The translations under genes and the position numbers were made by a program. A stretch of DNA of 64,000 nucleotides. Source: a virus. The notes beneath the pieces were generated by a model, which made no database searches, had not been told where the DNA came from, and saw only the letters and a list, made by a program, of their open reading frames with translations. The DNA lies in IMG/VR virus record IMGVR_UViG_3300022213_000004; one strand, 5' to 3'. Below are positions 41,443 through 50,836 of this stretch, piece by piece; positions within the stretch are counted from its first letter, which is position 1, and each line of letters starts with the position of its first letter.

Positions 41443-42477
41443 ATGAAAGTAGCTCTAATTAACGATACCCACTATGGGGCAAGGAAAGGTTCAAAATTGT
41501 TTCACGATTATTTTGAACTCTTCTACAAGAATGTGTTTTTCCCGACGCTGGAACAGTACGGGATTGATACAGTCATTCATATGGGTGATGCTTTTGATAG
41601 CCGCAAATCAATTGATTATCAAAGTTTAGAGTGGGCTAAAAGAGTTGTATTTGAACCTCTTAAGAACTATGAGGTTCATATGATTGTTGGTAATCATGAT
41701 AGTTATTATAAGAATACGAACAATACAAACTCTCCTCAACTTCTGCTGAAGGATTATCCAAACATTCGGACATATTCTTCTCCTACAGAAATCAAAGTTG
41801 GGAACCTTGATGTTCTTCTTCTTCCGTGGATTTGTATGGAAAATGAAGAAAAGTCATTGAAGATGATTAAAAAAACCAAAGCAAAAGTTGCTATGGGTCA
41901 TCTTGAGTTTCAAGGTTTTCGAGTAAACCGTCAAATCGTTATGGAACATGGACTGGAAGCAAATCTTTTTACAAACTTCAAAAAGGTATTTTCTGGTCAT
42001 TACCACACTCGTTCTGATAATGGAACTGTATTCTATACGGGAAATCCTTATGAGATTTACTGGACGGACGTAAATGATACTCGCGGTTTCACTATTTTTG
42101 ATACTGAAACATTAGAGCATACTCCAGTTGATAATCCTTATAAGATGTTCTATAACATCTACTATGAGGACACAAACTATCAGACATTTGATACTCGTGA
42201 GTATGAGAACAAAATTGTAAAAATTATTGTCCGCAAAAAGTCTGATACTAAAAAGTTTGAAAAGTTTGTTGATAAACTTTATTCATCTAATATTGCAGAA
42301 CTCAAAATTATTGAAAACTTCGACATTCAAGAACCTGTAGAGTTTGAAGCATTTGAAAGTGAAGATACGATTTCTATCTTGAATAGATATATTCAGGAGG
42401 CAGAAATTAGTCTTGATAAGTCAATCATTCAAAAGATGATGCAAGAAATATATCAAGAGGCATGTGAATTAGTTTAA
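41443..42477 (+). CDS. gp47: Recombination endonuclease subunit gp47 (Mre11/SbcD-like)
   Basis: DTHYG, GDAFD, GNHD, GHLE, SGHYH. Confidence 0.95.
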   Translation: MKVALINDTHYGARKGSKLFHDYFELFYKNVFFPTLEQYGIDTVIHMGDAFDSRKSIDYQSLEWAKRVVFEPLKNYEVHMIVGNHDSYYKNTNNTNSPQLLLKDYPNIRTYSSPTEIKVGNLDVLLLPWICMENEEKSLKMIKKTKAKVAMGHLEFQGFRVNRQIVMEHGLEANLFTNFKKVFSGHYHTRSDNGTVFYTGNPYEIYWTDVNDTRGFTIFDTETLEHTPVDNPYKMFYNIYYEDTNYQTFDTREYENKIVKIIVRKKSDTKKFEKFVDKLYSSNIAELKIIENFDIQEPVEFEAFESEDTISILNRYIQEAEISLDKSIIQKMMQEIYQEACELV

Positions 42478-42750
42478 ATGTTTATTCTAACAATCAATGG
42501 TAGAGAAACCGAAGGAGCATATTCTGTAGTTGATGATGAAGGAGAACACATTCTTTATCTCTTTCAAGAAGAAGATGATGCTGTTCGTTATGCTATGATG
42601 TTAGAAGAAGATGGATATCCTGAGATGCATGTAATTGAAATTGAAAATGAAGTGATGGTAAAAACTTGCGAAATGCATGGATATCAGTATACTATTATTA
42701 CGCCCGATGACATTGTAATTCCTCCAAATACTGAGTATGATTTTATTTAA
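42478..42750 (+). CDS. Conserved hypothetical protein
   Basis: LYLFQEEDDAVRYAMML...ITPDDIVIPP; tight coupling between gp47 and gp46. Confidence 0.75.
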   Translation: MFILTINGRETEGAYSVVDDEGEHILYLFQEEDDAVRYAMMLEEDGYPEMHVIEIENEVMVKTCEMHGYQYTIITPDDIVIPPNTEYDFI

Positions 42751-44452
42751 AACTATAAAATGGAAAAATCTGTTATCTACTGGCAATCAATATACGGAAG
42801 TTGATTTTACAAAAAATAAAACTAATTTGATTGTTGGGACTAATGGTGCAGGTAAAAGCACTATTTTGGATGCTCTTTGCTTTTCTTTATTTGGTCGCAG
42901 TTTTAGACGCATAAACAAACCACAACTTATCAATTCTGTAAATGAAAAAGATTGTAAAGTTGAGGTTGAGTTTAGTATTGGAAATGTTGAATGGAAAGTT
43001 GTAAGAGGAATTAAACCTGCTTTGTTTGAAGTGTGGAAAAACGGTTCTATTTTGGACCAATCTGCTGCTGCATTAGATCAACAAAAGTGGTTGGAGCAGA
43101 ATGTTCTAAAGATGAATTTTAAAAGTTTTACTCAAATCGTTATTTTGGGTTCGAGTACTTTTGTTCCTTTTATGCAACTTTCTGCTGCCCATCGTCGGGA
43201 AGTGATTGAGGATTTACTTGATATTAAGATTTTTTCTTCAATGAATATGGTAATCAAAGAGAAAATCCGTCAAGCAAAAGAAGAAATAAAAGTTCTGGAC
43301 CTTAAGAAGCAATCTCTTGCAGAAAAACTTAAGATGCAGGAAGAGTTTATTGAAGAACTTGAGAATCGTGGTAAGGAGAATATTAAAGATAAAGAGGAAA
43401 AGATTGGACAACTTCTTAGCGAAGAAAATAATTGGATAAATGTAAATCAATGTAAGAATGAGGAACTTCAAAAACTTCAGAATCACCTTGAAAATTATGT
43501 TGGTGCTACCGAAAAACTTCGTAAAATGGGAAACCTAAAAGGTAAAATCTCCCAAAAAGTATCTACGATTACCAAAGAGCACAAGTTCTTTACTGAGAAT
43601 ACGGTATGCCCTACTTGCACACAGTCTATTGAAGAGACCTTCAGAATAAATAGAATTACAGACGCTCAAAATAAAGCAAAGGAGTTGCAATCTGGTTATA
43701 AAGAACTGGAGGAAGCAATTAAAGAGGAAGAGGAGCGAGAGCGTCAATTCACCGCTCTATCGAAGGAGATTTCAAACTTAACGAATGGCATTTCTCAAAA
43801 CAATACTAAGATCGCTGGATGTCAAAAACAAATCAGAGATCTTGAACATGAAATTCAAGTTCTTACCGAGAACCTTGCAAACAGAAATTCTGAACATGAG
43901 AAGCTAGAATCCTTCAAAGACAACTTAAAAACTACATACGACGAACTCGCTTCTAAAAAAGACACAATAAACTACTACGATTTTTCGTATAGTTTGCTCA
44001 AAGACGGTGGAGTAAAATCCAAAATCATTAAGAAGTATCTACCGCTGATAAATCAGCAAGTTAACCGTTATCTTCAGATGATGGATTTCTATATTAACTT
44101 CACACTTGATGAGGAATTTAACGAAACCGTCCAGTCACCCATTCATGAAGATTTCTCTTATGCTTCCTTCAGTGAAGGTGAAAAAATGAGGATCGACCTT
44201 GCTCTTCTTTTTACTTGGCGGGAAGTTGCGAGAATGAAGAACTCAGTCAATACCAATCTGCTGATTATGGATGAAGTGTTTGATAGTTCACTTGATGGAT
44301 TTGGAACAGAAGAGTTCCTTAAGATTATTAGATACGTAATAAAAGACGCAAATATTTTTGTTATTTCCCATAAGACTGGATTAGAAGATAGATTTGAAAG
44401 TGTTATTAAGTTCGAAAAGATAAAGGGATTTAGTCGAATGGTCTTTATCTGA
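42737..44452 (+). CDS. gp46: Recombination ATPase subunit gp46 (Rad50/SbcC-like)
   Basis: GTNGAGKS, zinc hook CPTC, signature FSEGE, LIMDEVFD, ISH. Confidence 0.96.
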   Translation: MILFKTIKWKNLLSTGNQYTEVDFTKNKTNLIVGTNGAGKSTILDALCFSLFGRSFRRINKPQLINSVNEKDCKVEVEFSIGNVEWKVVRGIKPALFEVWKNGSILDQSAAALDQQKWLEQNVLKMNFKSFTQIVILGSSTFVPFMQLSAAHRREVIEDLLDIKIFSSMNMVIKEKIRQAKEEIKVLDLKKQSLAEKLKMQEEFIEELENRGKENIKDKEEKIGQLLSEENNWINVNQCKNEELQKLQNHLENYVGATEKLRKMGNLKGKISQKVSTITKEHKFFTENTVCPTCTQSIEETFRINRITDAQNKAKELQSGYKELEEAIKEEEERERQFTALSKEISNLTNGISQNNTKIAGCQKQIRDLEHEIQVLTENLANRNSEHEKLESFKDNLKTTYDELASKKDTINYYDFSYSLLKDGGVKSKIIKKYLPLINQQVNRYLQMMDFYINFTLDEEFNETVQSPIHEDFSYASFSEGEKMRIDLALLFTWREVARMKNSVNTNLLIMDEVFDSSLDGFGTEEFLKIIRYVIKDANIFVISHKTGLEDRFESVIKFEKIKGFSRMVFI

Positions 44453-44507
44453 CCCACTTTCAAAACTGTCCATCCTTAGAGTATTTCTGGAAAACACCTG
44501 CTATATT
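44451..44507 (+). promoter_or_regulatory. Putative early promoter with ACTGTCC upstream motif
   Basis: ACTGTCC (44465-71), 30 nt, TATATT (44502-07) preceded by TGc; same architecture at 47366 and 47834. Confidence 0.6.
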
Positions 44508-44531
44508 ACTAGAAGTTCAAAAGCAATCCAG

Positions 44532-46715
44532 ATGCCCGTCAATCTAGAAGTTAAAGGTTCTCTTGCCAAATGTCTGGCAACTGAGAACCTGATTATCGAG
44601 CACAAGAAAGTTCCGACTGCAATGTTCGATGTTGACCGTCGTGTTCTGACTCTTCCGAATTGGGATAAAGCATCTGCGACTGTTTATGATCTTCTGGTTG
44701 GTCACGAAGTTGGACACGCACTCTTCACCGATAATATTGACTGGACTAAAGAATATCCTGAAGTTCCTAAGGACTTTGTGAACGTTCTTGAGGATGTCCG
44801 TGTGGAACGTCTGATGAAGAAAAAGTATCCTGGACTTTCTCGGACTTTCTATAATGGTTATAATGAACTGAACTCTGATGACTTCTTTTCAACCAAAGAC
44901 GAGAACCTGGATGAACTGACTTTTATTGACCGAATCAATCTTTACTACAAGATTGGTGCTTTTCATAACATCTGTTTCAATGATGAAGAGAATGAGTTTC
45001 TGACTCGTGCTTCTTTGACTGAAACTTTTGATGAAGTGCTGCAACTTGCTCGTGAAATCGCCGAGTATGTGAAGTATAAAAAGCAAGAGGTTCAGGCAAT
45101 GCCTACTTCTGGCGAAGGTGATTCTTCTCAGGGTGCTGGTGAGAGAACTGAAGGTTCTTCGGATTTTTCTCAAGATGGAGAGAATCAAGACGGTCAGAAC
45201 AAATCTGAACTGGACCAAGATTCGCAGGGTCAGTCTCAAACTGATGGTGAATCTTTTGGTGATGAGATGAATAAGTCTATGGAAGCACCGAGTGGTGGTG
45301 GTTTCGGTCAGGAAGCAAGTAATCAGCACGGTGAAAACAGCAAAGATGAACTGACTTCTAAGACCTCTCGTTCTTTTGATGAAAAGTCTCAAGACCTGGT
45401 GGATAAGTATGCTCAGGAAACTCATTATGTGGAACTTCCTAAGATGAATCTTGAGACGATGATTATTCCTAATGAGTTTATTCATCGTAAGGCAAAAGAG
45501 TTCTATGAAAATCGTGGAACTTATTACAAAGAGACTTTTGATTTTACTTGCAAGGAGTACAATGCCTACAAGAAATCTGCCGAAAAGGAAGTTTCTTATC
45601 TGGTAAAAGAGTTTGAGTGTAAGAAGTCTGCAGACCAATATGCTCGGTCTAGCACTGCCCGCACAGGTGTTCTGGATACTTCCAAACTCCATACCTATAA
45701 GTTTAACGAAGACCTGTTTAAGAAGGTCTCTGTGGTCCCTGATGGTAAGAATCACGGTCTCATCTTCATTCTTGACTGGTCTGGTTCAATGAGTGAGTTT
45801 ATCCTGGATGCTTATAAGCAACTGCTGAATCTGATTTGGTTCTGCCGTAAGGTGAATATTCCTTTCGAGGTGTATGCTTTCACTCTGGATGCTCATTCTT
45901 ATATGGAACTGCAACCCAATCATCCTCCTGTGTATGATAAAGTTGCTGGTGTTCTCTCCCCTGAAGCATCGTTCCGTCTGATGAATTTCTTCACCAGTAA
46001 AGTGAACAATCGAGTTCTCGATGAGCAACTCAAGAACATCTGGTGTGCTTGCTATTCTTATCAGAAACGTTCTGGTGCTGTTCCTCCTCACCTGGACCTT
46101 TCGGGTTCTCCTATTGGTGAAAGTATGATGGCACTGCACTCTCTGATTCCTGATTTTCAGGCAAAGAATAAACTGCAGAAGGTAAATGTTATCTTCCTGA
46201 CTGATGGTGAGGGTTATCAGAATTCGGTGACAGTTTCTCGCAAAGGTCGTTATCCTGATTCTCCCGAATATATCGGTCATACAAAGCATAATCGCACTGC
46301 AGTTCGTGACCGTAAGACTGGTCGTGTCTATCCTGCTCTGGACTATGATAACTTCCCTCGTTATGCAAAAGTTCTTCTGCAGACTGTGAAAGATAGGTTC
46401 CCGACTGTGAATCTGATTAACTTCCGTATTACTCCTGGTCGTGATTTTTCAAATTGCTACCGTTGGTATGGTAGTGGTCAGGAGAACTACGAGAAAGTAA
46501 AGTCCGATTATCGCAAGAACGGATGTGTTCAATTCACTGAAACTGGTTTCGACCAATTCAATGTGATTGCATCATCTTCTCTCGCACAAGATGAAGACTT
46601 TGTGGTTCCCGAGAATGCAACAAAAGCACAAATCAAAACTGCTTTCTCTAAAGTTCTTGGTAAGAAAAAGACTAATAAGAAACTCCTCAGCAACTTTATT
46701 TCTATGGTCGCATAA
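44532..46715 (+). CDS. CobT-like protein: N-terminal HEXXH metallopeptidase-like domain, acidic linker, C-terminal VWA domain
   Basis: GHEVGHAL, NVLEDVRVE, MIDAS LDWSGSM, IFLTDGEG; partner of the downstream CobS-like ATPase. Confidence 0.85.
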   Translation: MPVNLEVKGSLAKCLATENLIIEHKKVPTAMFDVDRRVLTLPNWDKASATVYDLLVGHEVGHALFTDNIDWTKEYPEVPKDFVNVLEDVRVERLMKKKYPGLSRTFYNGYNELNSDDFFSTKDENLDELTFIDRINLYYKIGAFHNICFNDEENEFLTRASLTETFDEVLQLAREIAEYVKYKKQEVQAMPTSGEGDSSQGAGERTEGSSDFSQDGENQDGQNKSELDQDSQGQSQTDGESFGDEMNKSMEAPSGGGFGQEASNQHGENSKDELTSKTSRSFDEKSQDLVDKYAQETHYVELPKMNLETMIIPNEFIHRKAKEFYENRGTYYKETFDFTCKEYNAYKKSAEKEVSYLVKEFECKKSADQYARSSTARTGVLDTSKLHTYKFNEDLFKKVSVVPDGKNHGLIFILDWSGSMSEFILDAYKQLLNLIWFCRKVNIPFEVYAFTLDAHSYMELQPNHPPVYDKVAGVLSPEASFRLMNFFTSKVNNRVLDEQLKNIWCACYSYQKRSGAVPPHLDLSGSPIGESMMALHSLIPDFQAKNKLQKVNVIFLTDGEGYQNSVTVSRKGRYPDSPEYIGHTKHNRTAVRDRKTGRVYPALDYDNFPRYAKVLLQTVKDRFPTVNLINFRITPGRDFSNCYRWYGSGQENYEKVKSDYRKNGCVQFTETGFDQFNVIASSSLAQDEDFVVPENATKAQIKTAFSKVLGKKKTNKKLLSNFISMVA

Positions 46716-46720
46716 TTTCT

Positions 46721-47353
46721 ATGAATTTTTATACCTATGCTTACTTGAGAGAGGATGGCACCCCTTACTATATTGGTAAGGGGGTTGGTAATAGAGCATA
46801 CAAAAAATCTAAAAGAGAGATTAATCCACCAGTAGATAAAAATAGAATAATTTTCTTAAAGAAAAATCTAACGGAAGATGAAGCATTTAGGCACGAAGTT
46901 TATATGATTGATATTTTTGGTAGAAAAGATTTAGGAACAGGTATTTTAAGAAATAAAACTAATGGTGGGGAAGGTCTCTCTGGACTTATTTGGAGTGAAG
47001 AACATAAAGAAAAAATAAGTAAATCGCAAGAAGGTGAATCTAATAGTTTTTATGGTAAATCACATTCTGAAGAGACTAGGAAGAAACTAAGCAATGCATT
47101 TAGTGGAAAAAATCATCCACAATATGGGGGAACAATTTCGGAAGAACATAAACTCATATTGAGTAGAGTTCATAAAGGTAAAATTCCTTGGAATAAAGGG
47201 AAAAAAGGTGTGCAGATTCCTACTGAAGAGACTAGAAGAAAACGCAGTAAAGCAATGAAGGGAAGAAAATGGTGGCATAATCCAATAACAGGAAAAACGC
47301 AAATGTCTATAGAATCTCCTGGAAGTGATTGGGTTTTGGGTAGAACTCCATAG
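46721..47353 (+). CDS. GIY-YIG-like homing endonuclease with NUMOD3 repeats
   Basis: FYTYAYLREDGTPYYIGKG...R, GILRNKTNGGEG, FYGKSHSEETRKKLS. Confidence 0.85.
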   Translation: MNFYTYAYLREDGTPYYIGKGVGNRAYKKSKREINPPVDKNRIIFLKKNLTEDEAFRHEVYMIDIFGRKDLGTGILRNKTNGGEGLSGLIWSEEHKEKISKSQEGESNSFYGKSHSEETRKKLSNAFSGKNHPQYGGTISEEHKLILSRVHKGKIPWNKGKKGVQIPTEETRRKRSKAMKGRKWWHNPITGKTQMSIESPGSDWVLGRTP

Positions 47354-47402
47354 ACCACCTGGGGGACTGTCCACTGGATACCCCCCTATACCTTTTTCCG
47401 TG

Positions 47403-47780
47403 CTATTGCGGATTAGTTATGGAATATCCTAAACTTTTCAAATATTCTATTGCCCACAACTCTTTGTCTATATTTGAGGTAAATTGAACTCTATTTTTAT
47501 TATTATCCGATTTACTGACCCACTCTAAATTTTCAATATTATAATTTTGCCTATCACGGTCTTTGTGATTTACTTCTGGTAAATTATTTGGGTTTGGAAT
47601 ATAAGTTTCTGCTATCAACCTGTGAACTGCTTTTATTCTCCATACTCCAGCATCATTTTTTACATTAACTACTGGATATCCAAAAGAATTATTGCAAATT
47701 TTTGATAATTTTCCTTTTTTGGAATATATTTTTCCATCTTCTGTTATTTTATAGTTTGAAAATCCTTTTATTGTTTTCAT
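47403..47780 (-). CDS. HNH homing endonuclease (NUMOD4/HNH_3 type)
   Basis: IKGFSNYKITEDG, VHRLIAETYIPNPNNLPEVNHKDRDRQNYNIENLEWVSKSDN. Confidence 0.88.
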   Translation of the reverse strand: MKTIKGFSNYKITEDGKIYSKKGKLSKICNNSFGYPVVNVKNDAGVWRIKAVHRLIAETYIPNPNNLPEVNHKDRDRQNYNIENLEWVSKSDNNKNRVQFTSNIDKELWAIEYLKSLGYSITNPQ

Positions 47781-47820
47781 ATAACTATGATTAACTTAAT
47801 CATAGTTATTTATAGATGAA

Positions 47821-47877
47821 GGACAGTCCAGAAACTGTCCTTACTGACCCCCCTTTTGCCCCACCTTGCCCTATAAT
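47821..47877 (+). promoter_or_regulatory. Putative early promoter for cobS with inverted-repeat motif GGACAGT-N6-ACTGTCC
   Basis: Palindromic arms 47821-27 and 47834-40, 31 nt, TATAAT (47872-77). Confidence 0.65.
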
Positions 47878-47899
47878 AAGAGGGTAATCAACCAAACCG

Positions 47900-49021
47900 A
47901 TGCCTACCAAATCTAACATTATGACCGACCAAGCAATCTCCATTCTGAAGGAAAAGTTTGGCACCGAGTTTGGTGCTGATGCTGTCAAAGAAGTGGCAGA
48001 TGAACTGAATACTTCTTATGCGACTCTCTCCAAGTATCTGAATCAATACAAGGTGGGTCGTGGTAAATGGAATCTGGACCAAACTGTGCAAGACCTTGAA
48101 GAAACTTATGCTTCTCCTTCTGCCAATCCAGTAGCAATTATGGATAATGTAAAACAAAATCTTGTCCCCGAGAAGGATAGTATTTTTATTCCTTTTGGCA
48201 ACTTTACTGATGTTAAGAAAGTTGTTCAGTCTGGGATTTTTTATCCTGTATTCATCACTGGTCTCTCTGGTAATGGTAAAACTTTTAGCATTGAGCAATC
48301 TTGTGCTCAACTAAAACGAGAACTCATTCGTGTTAATATCACGATTGAGACAGACTCTGATGATTTGCTTGGTGGTTTCCGTCTTGTGAATGGGGAAACT
48401 GTGTGGCACAACGGTCCTGTGGTAGAAGCAATGGAACGTGGTGCTATCCTCCTGCTGGATGAGATTGACCTGGCATCTAATAAGATTATGTGTCTGCAAT
48501 CTATTCTTGAAGGAAAGGGTGTGTTCCTTAAGAAAATCGGCAAACACGTTCTTCCCAAGGCAGGTTTCAATGTGATTGCAACTGCAAACACCAAGGGTAA
48601 GGGTTCCGATGACGGTCGTTTTATCGGCACCAATGTTCTCAACGAGGCATTCCTGGAACGATTCCCCATCACGTTCGAGCAAGAGTATCCTACTGTCAGT
48701 GTTGAGACTAAAATCTTGACTAAGGTGGCAGAATCTCTTAAAATTCCTATGATTGGTGAGCATACTGATTTCATCAAACATCTTTGCACCTGGTCTGAGA
48801 TTATTCGTAAGACCTTCAACGATGGTGGTATTGATGAAGTCATTAGTACTCGTCGTCTGGTTCATATCATCAAGGCATATTCTATCTTCGGTAAGAAGGA
48901 CAAAGCAATCAAGGTTTGTCTGAATCGTTTTGATGATGAAACTAAATCAACTTTTGTTGAGTTGTATGATAAGATTGACGCAGAGTTTCAATCTTCCATT
49001 GACAAAGACCAAGTAAATTGA
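47900..49021 (+). CDS. cobS: CobS-like MoxR AAA+ ATPase
   Basis: GLSGNGKT, LLLDEID, ATANTKGKGSDDGRFIGTNVLNEAFLERF, ISTRRLVHI. Confidence 0.92.
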   Translation: MPTKSNIMTDQAISILKEKFGTEFGADAVKEVADELNTSYATLSKYLNQYKVGRGKWNLDQTVQDLEETYASPSANPVAIMDNVKQNLVPEKDSIFIPFGNFTDVKKVVQSGIFYPVFITGLSGNGKTFSIEQSCAQLKRELIRVNITIETDSDDLLGGFRLVNGETVWHNGPVVEAMERGAILLLDEIDLASNKIMCLQSILEGKGVFLKKIGKHVLPKAGFNVIATANTKGKGSDDGRFIGTNVLNEAFLERFPITFEQEYPTVSVETKILTKVAESLKIPMIGEHTDFIKHLCTWSEIIRKTFNDGGIDEVISTRRLVHIIKAYSIFGKKDKAIKVCLNRFDDETKSTFVELYDKIDAEFQSSIDKDQVN

Positions 49022-49027
49022 TAAAAT
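48999..49027 (+). promoter_or_regulatory. Sigma70-type promoter
   Basis: TTGACA, 17 nt, TAAAAT with TGn extension. Confidence 0.8.
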
Positions 49028-49029
49028 GT

Positions 49030-49056
49030 GAGGAGGTAAATGTGCCTCCTCTTTTT
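49030..49056 (+). terminator. Rho-independent terminator after cobS
   Basis: GAGGAGG...CCTCCTC followed by TTTTT. Confidence 0.75.
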
Positions 49057-49076
49057 GCCCTTTACTATGAAAAACA

Positions 49077-49646
49077 ATGTCTAATGAGTATCCGTATCAA
49101 ATCAATGATTCTGTTGGGAATAAATATGAAGTTTCTCAAGTGAATCCTGATGAGGGGACTGTAAAAGTTTCAAAAATATTTGGGGACACTGTAATTTCTA
49201 GTGGATCTGGAACTGATACAATTTATTTTGGTTCTACTCAACCATCTCAAGACTATTGGTATGAAGATGGAATTAGTCTAACTGGAAATGGTTTTTATGC
49301 TCCTGATACAATTTCTTTTAATGTGAAAATGCCTGAAGATACAAACAAAAATGGTTTTTGGAAGTATGAGGAAGACAAAACTCTAAAGCAAATAGAAGAG
49401 TATCTTGTTAGCACGTACAAATCTCACTATACTTCCGAACAGTCAAAAACTCAAACTCTGGATTTGATTGAAAGTATTGGTGATGCAGAACCATTCACTC
49501 GATCAAATGCTATCAAATACCTTTCTCGTTTTGGTAAGAAAAATGGAAAATCTAAACAGGATATTCTGAAAGCAATTCATTATTGTATTCTTCTGTATCA
49601 TTTTGCTGGACTTCACAAGAACACAACTGGACAATATAACTATTGA
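49077..49646 (+). CDS. DUF3310-like protein
   Basis: FWKYEEDKTL...HY...QTLDLIESIG...NAIKYLSRFGKK...DILKAIHY. Confidence 0.75.
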   Translation: MSNEYPYQINDSVGNKYEVSQVNPDEGTVKVSKIFGDTVISSGSGTDTIYFGSTQPSQDYWYEDGISLTGNGFYAPDTISFNVKMPEDTNKNGFWKYEEDKTLKQIEEYLVSTYKSHYTSEQSKTQTLDLIESIGDAEPFTRSNAIKYLSRFGKKNGKSKQDILKAIHYCILLYHFAGLHKNTTGQYNY

Positions 49647-49696
49647 TTATTATGAAAGATAATATTCTTCTAAATAATAATAGTTGAAGAATATTA

Positions 49697-50155
49697 ATGC
49701 CAAAAAATCAATACAAAGATAAAACAACAAAAGAATATCAGCAGGAATGGAAAGCCAAAAATAGAGAAAAACAGAGGCAACTTCAAAGAGACCATTATAA
49801 TAAGAAAAAAGAGTATTTGCTTGAAAATGTTGGAAGTGTCTGTGTATCTTGTGGTTCAACATCAAATATTGAATTTGATCACATTAGACCAAGAACATCT
49901 TCCGAAAAAGAGAAGCAAACTCGTCTCAGAACTGATAACACGGGAGGAAACATAGTATGGAATAAAAGACCATCTGCTATGAGTTGGGAATGTATTAAAA
50001 AAGAAATTCCTGATTTACAACCTCTTTGTAGAGATTGTCACCGAAAAAAATCCAACGCACAACTTGCTGCTGCTTGGGAACTTTTTTGCTCCTTAACTCT
50101 TAAGGAACAAACCAAACTTACAAATTTACAATATGGAAAAAATGAAATTCTCTGA
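49697..50155 (+). CDS. HNH homing endonuclease
   Basis: CVSCGSTSNIEFDHI...LQPLCRDCHRKK. Confidence 0.85.
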   Translation: MPKNQYKDKTTKEYQQEWKAKNREKQRQLQRDHYNKKKEYLLENVGSVCVSCGSTSNIEFDHIRPRTSSEKEKQTRLRTDNTGGNIVWNKRPSAMSWECIKKEIPDLQPLCRDCHRKKSNAQLAAAWELFCSLTLKEQTKLTNLQYGKNEIL

Positions 50156-50807
50156 CAAAACACTTACGCTTCTGAAGAATTTTTCTTCTATTAATCAAAG
50201 TATTCTATTCAAAAAAGGAAATCACTTGCGTAGTATTAGTGTTATGAAAAACATTCTTGCAGAAGCGACTATTGAAGAAGAACTGCCTAAGGATTTTGGT
50301 ATCTATGATTTGAACCAGTTTCTGAATGGTCTTAATCTTCATCAAAATGCTGAACTGGATTTTCGGAATGATGGTTATGTAGTTATTAAAGAAGGTCGGT
50401 CTCGTTCCAAATACTTCTTCGCAGATCCAAATGTAATCGTTACTCCTCCAGATAAATCCATCTCGCTTCCTTCTGAAGACGTTTGTTTCATCCTTGATAC
50501 CAAGGAACTTGATAAACTCCTTAAGGCTGCTGCTGTTTATCAACTTCCTGACCTGTCTGTGGTTGGTGAAGCAGGTGTGGTGAAACTGGTGGTTCGTGAT
50601 AAGAAGAATGATACATCGAACGATTTTTCTGTGGTAGTTGGTGAGACTGATGAAGTATTCACTTTTAACTTCAAGGTGGAGAACATCAAGATTATTCCTG
50701 GCAACTATGAGGTAGTGATCTCTTCTAAACTTTTGTCACGATTTAAGAATACTGGGTTTGACGTTACGTACTATATCGCGTTGGAACCGGACAGCACTTT
50801 TGGATGA
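50133..50807 (+). CDS. gp45: Sliding clamp gp45
   Basis: LLKNFSSINQSI, FGIYDLNQFL, YYIALEPDS; start at 50133 or 50142. Confidence 0.95.
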   Translation: MEKMKFSDKTLTLLKNFSSINQSILFKKGNHLRSISVMKNILAEATIEEELPKDFGIYDLNQFLNGLNLHQNAELDFRNDGYVVIKEGRSRSKYFFADPNVIVTPPDKSISLPSEDVCFILDTKELDKLLKAAAVYQLPDLSVVGEAGVVKLVVRDKKNDTSNDFSVVVGETDEVFTFNFKVENIKIIPGNYEVVISSKLLSRFKNTGFDVTYYIALEPDSTFG

Positions 50808-50836
50808 TAAAATACTATTGAGTTGAGGAACCTCCC

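Noticed and set aside
44889-46289. Long minus-strand ORFs (288 aa and 167 aa), and similar ones at 47888-48865
   Set aside because: Shadows of strongly codon-biased plus-strand genes; no motifs or RBS.
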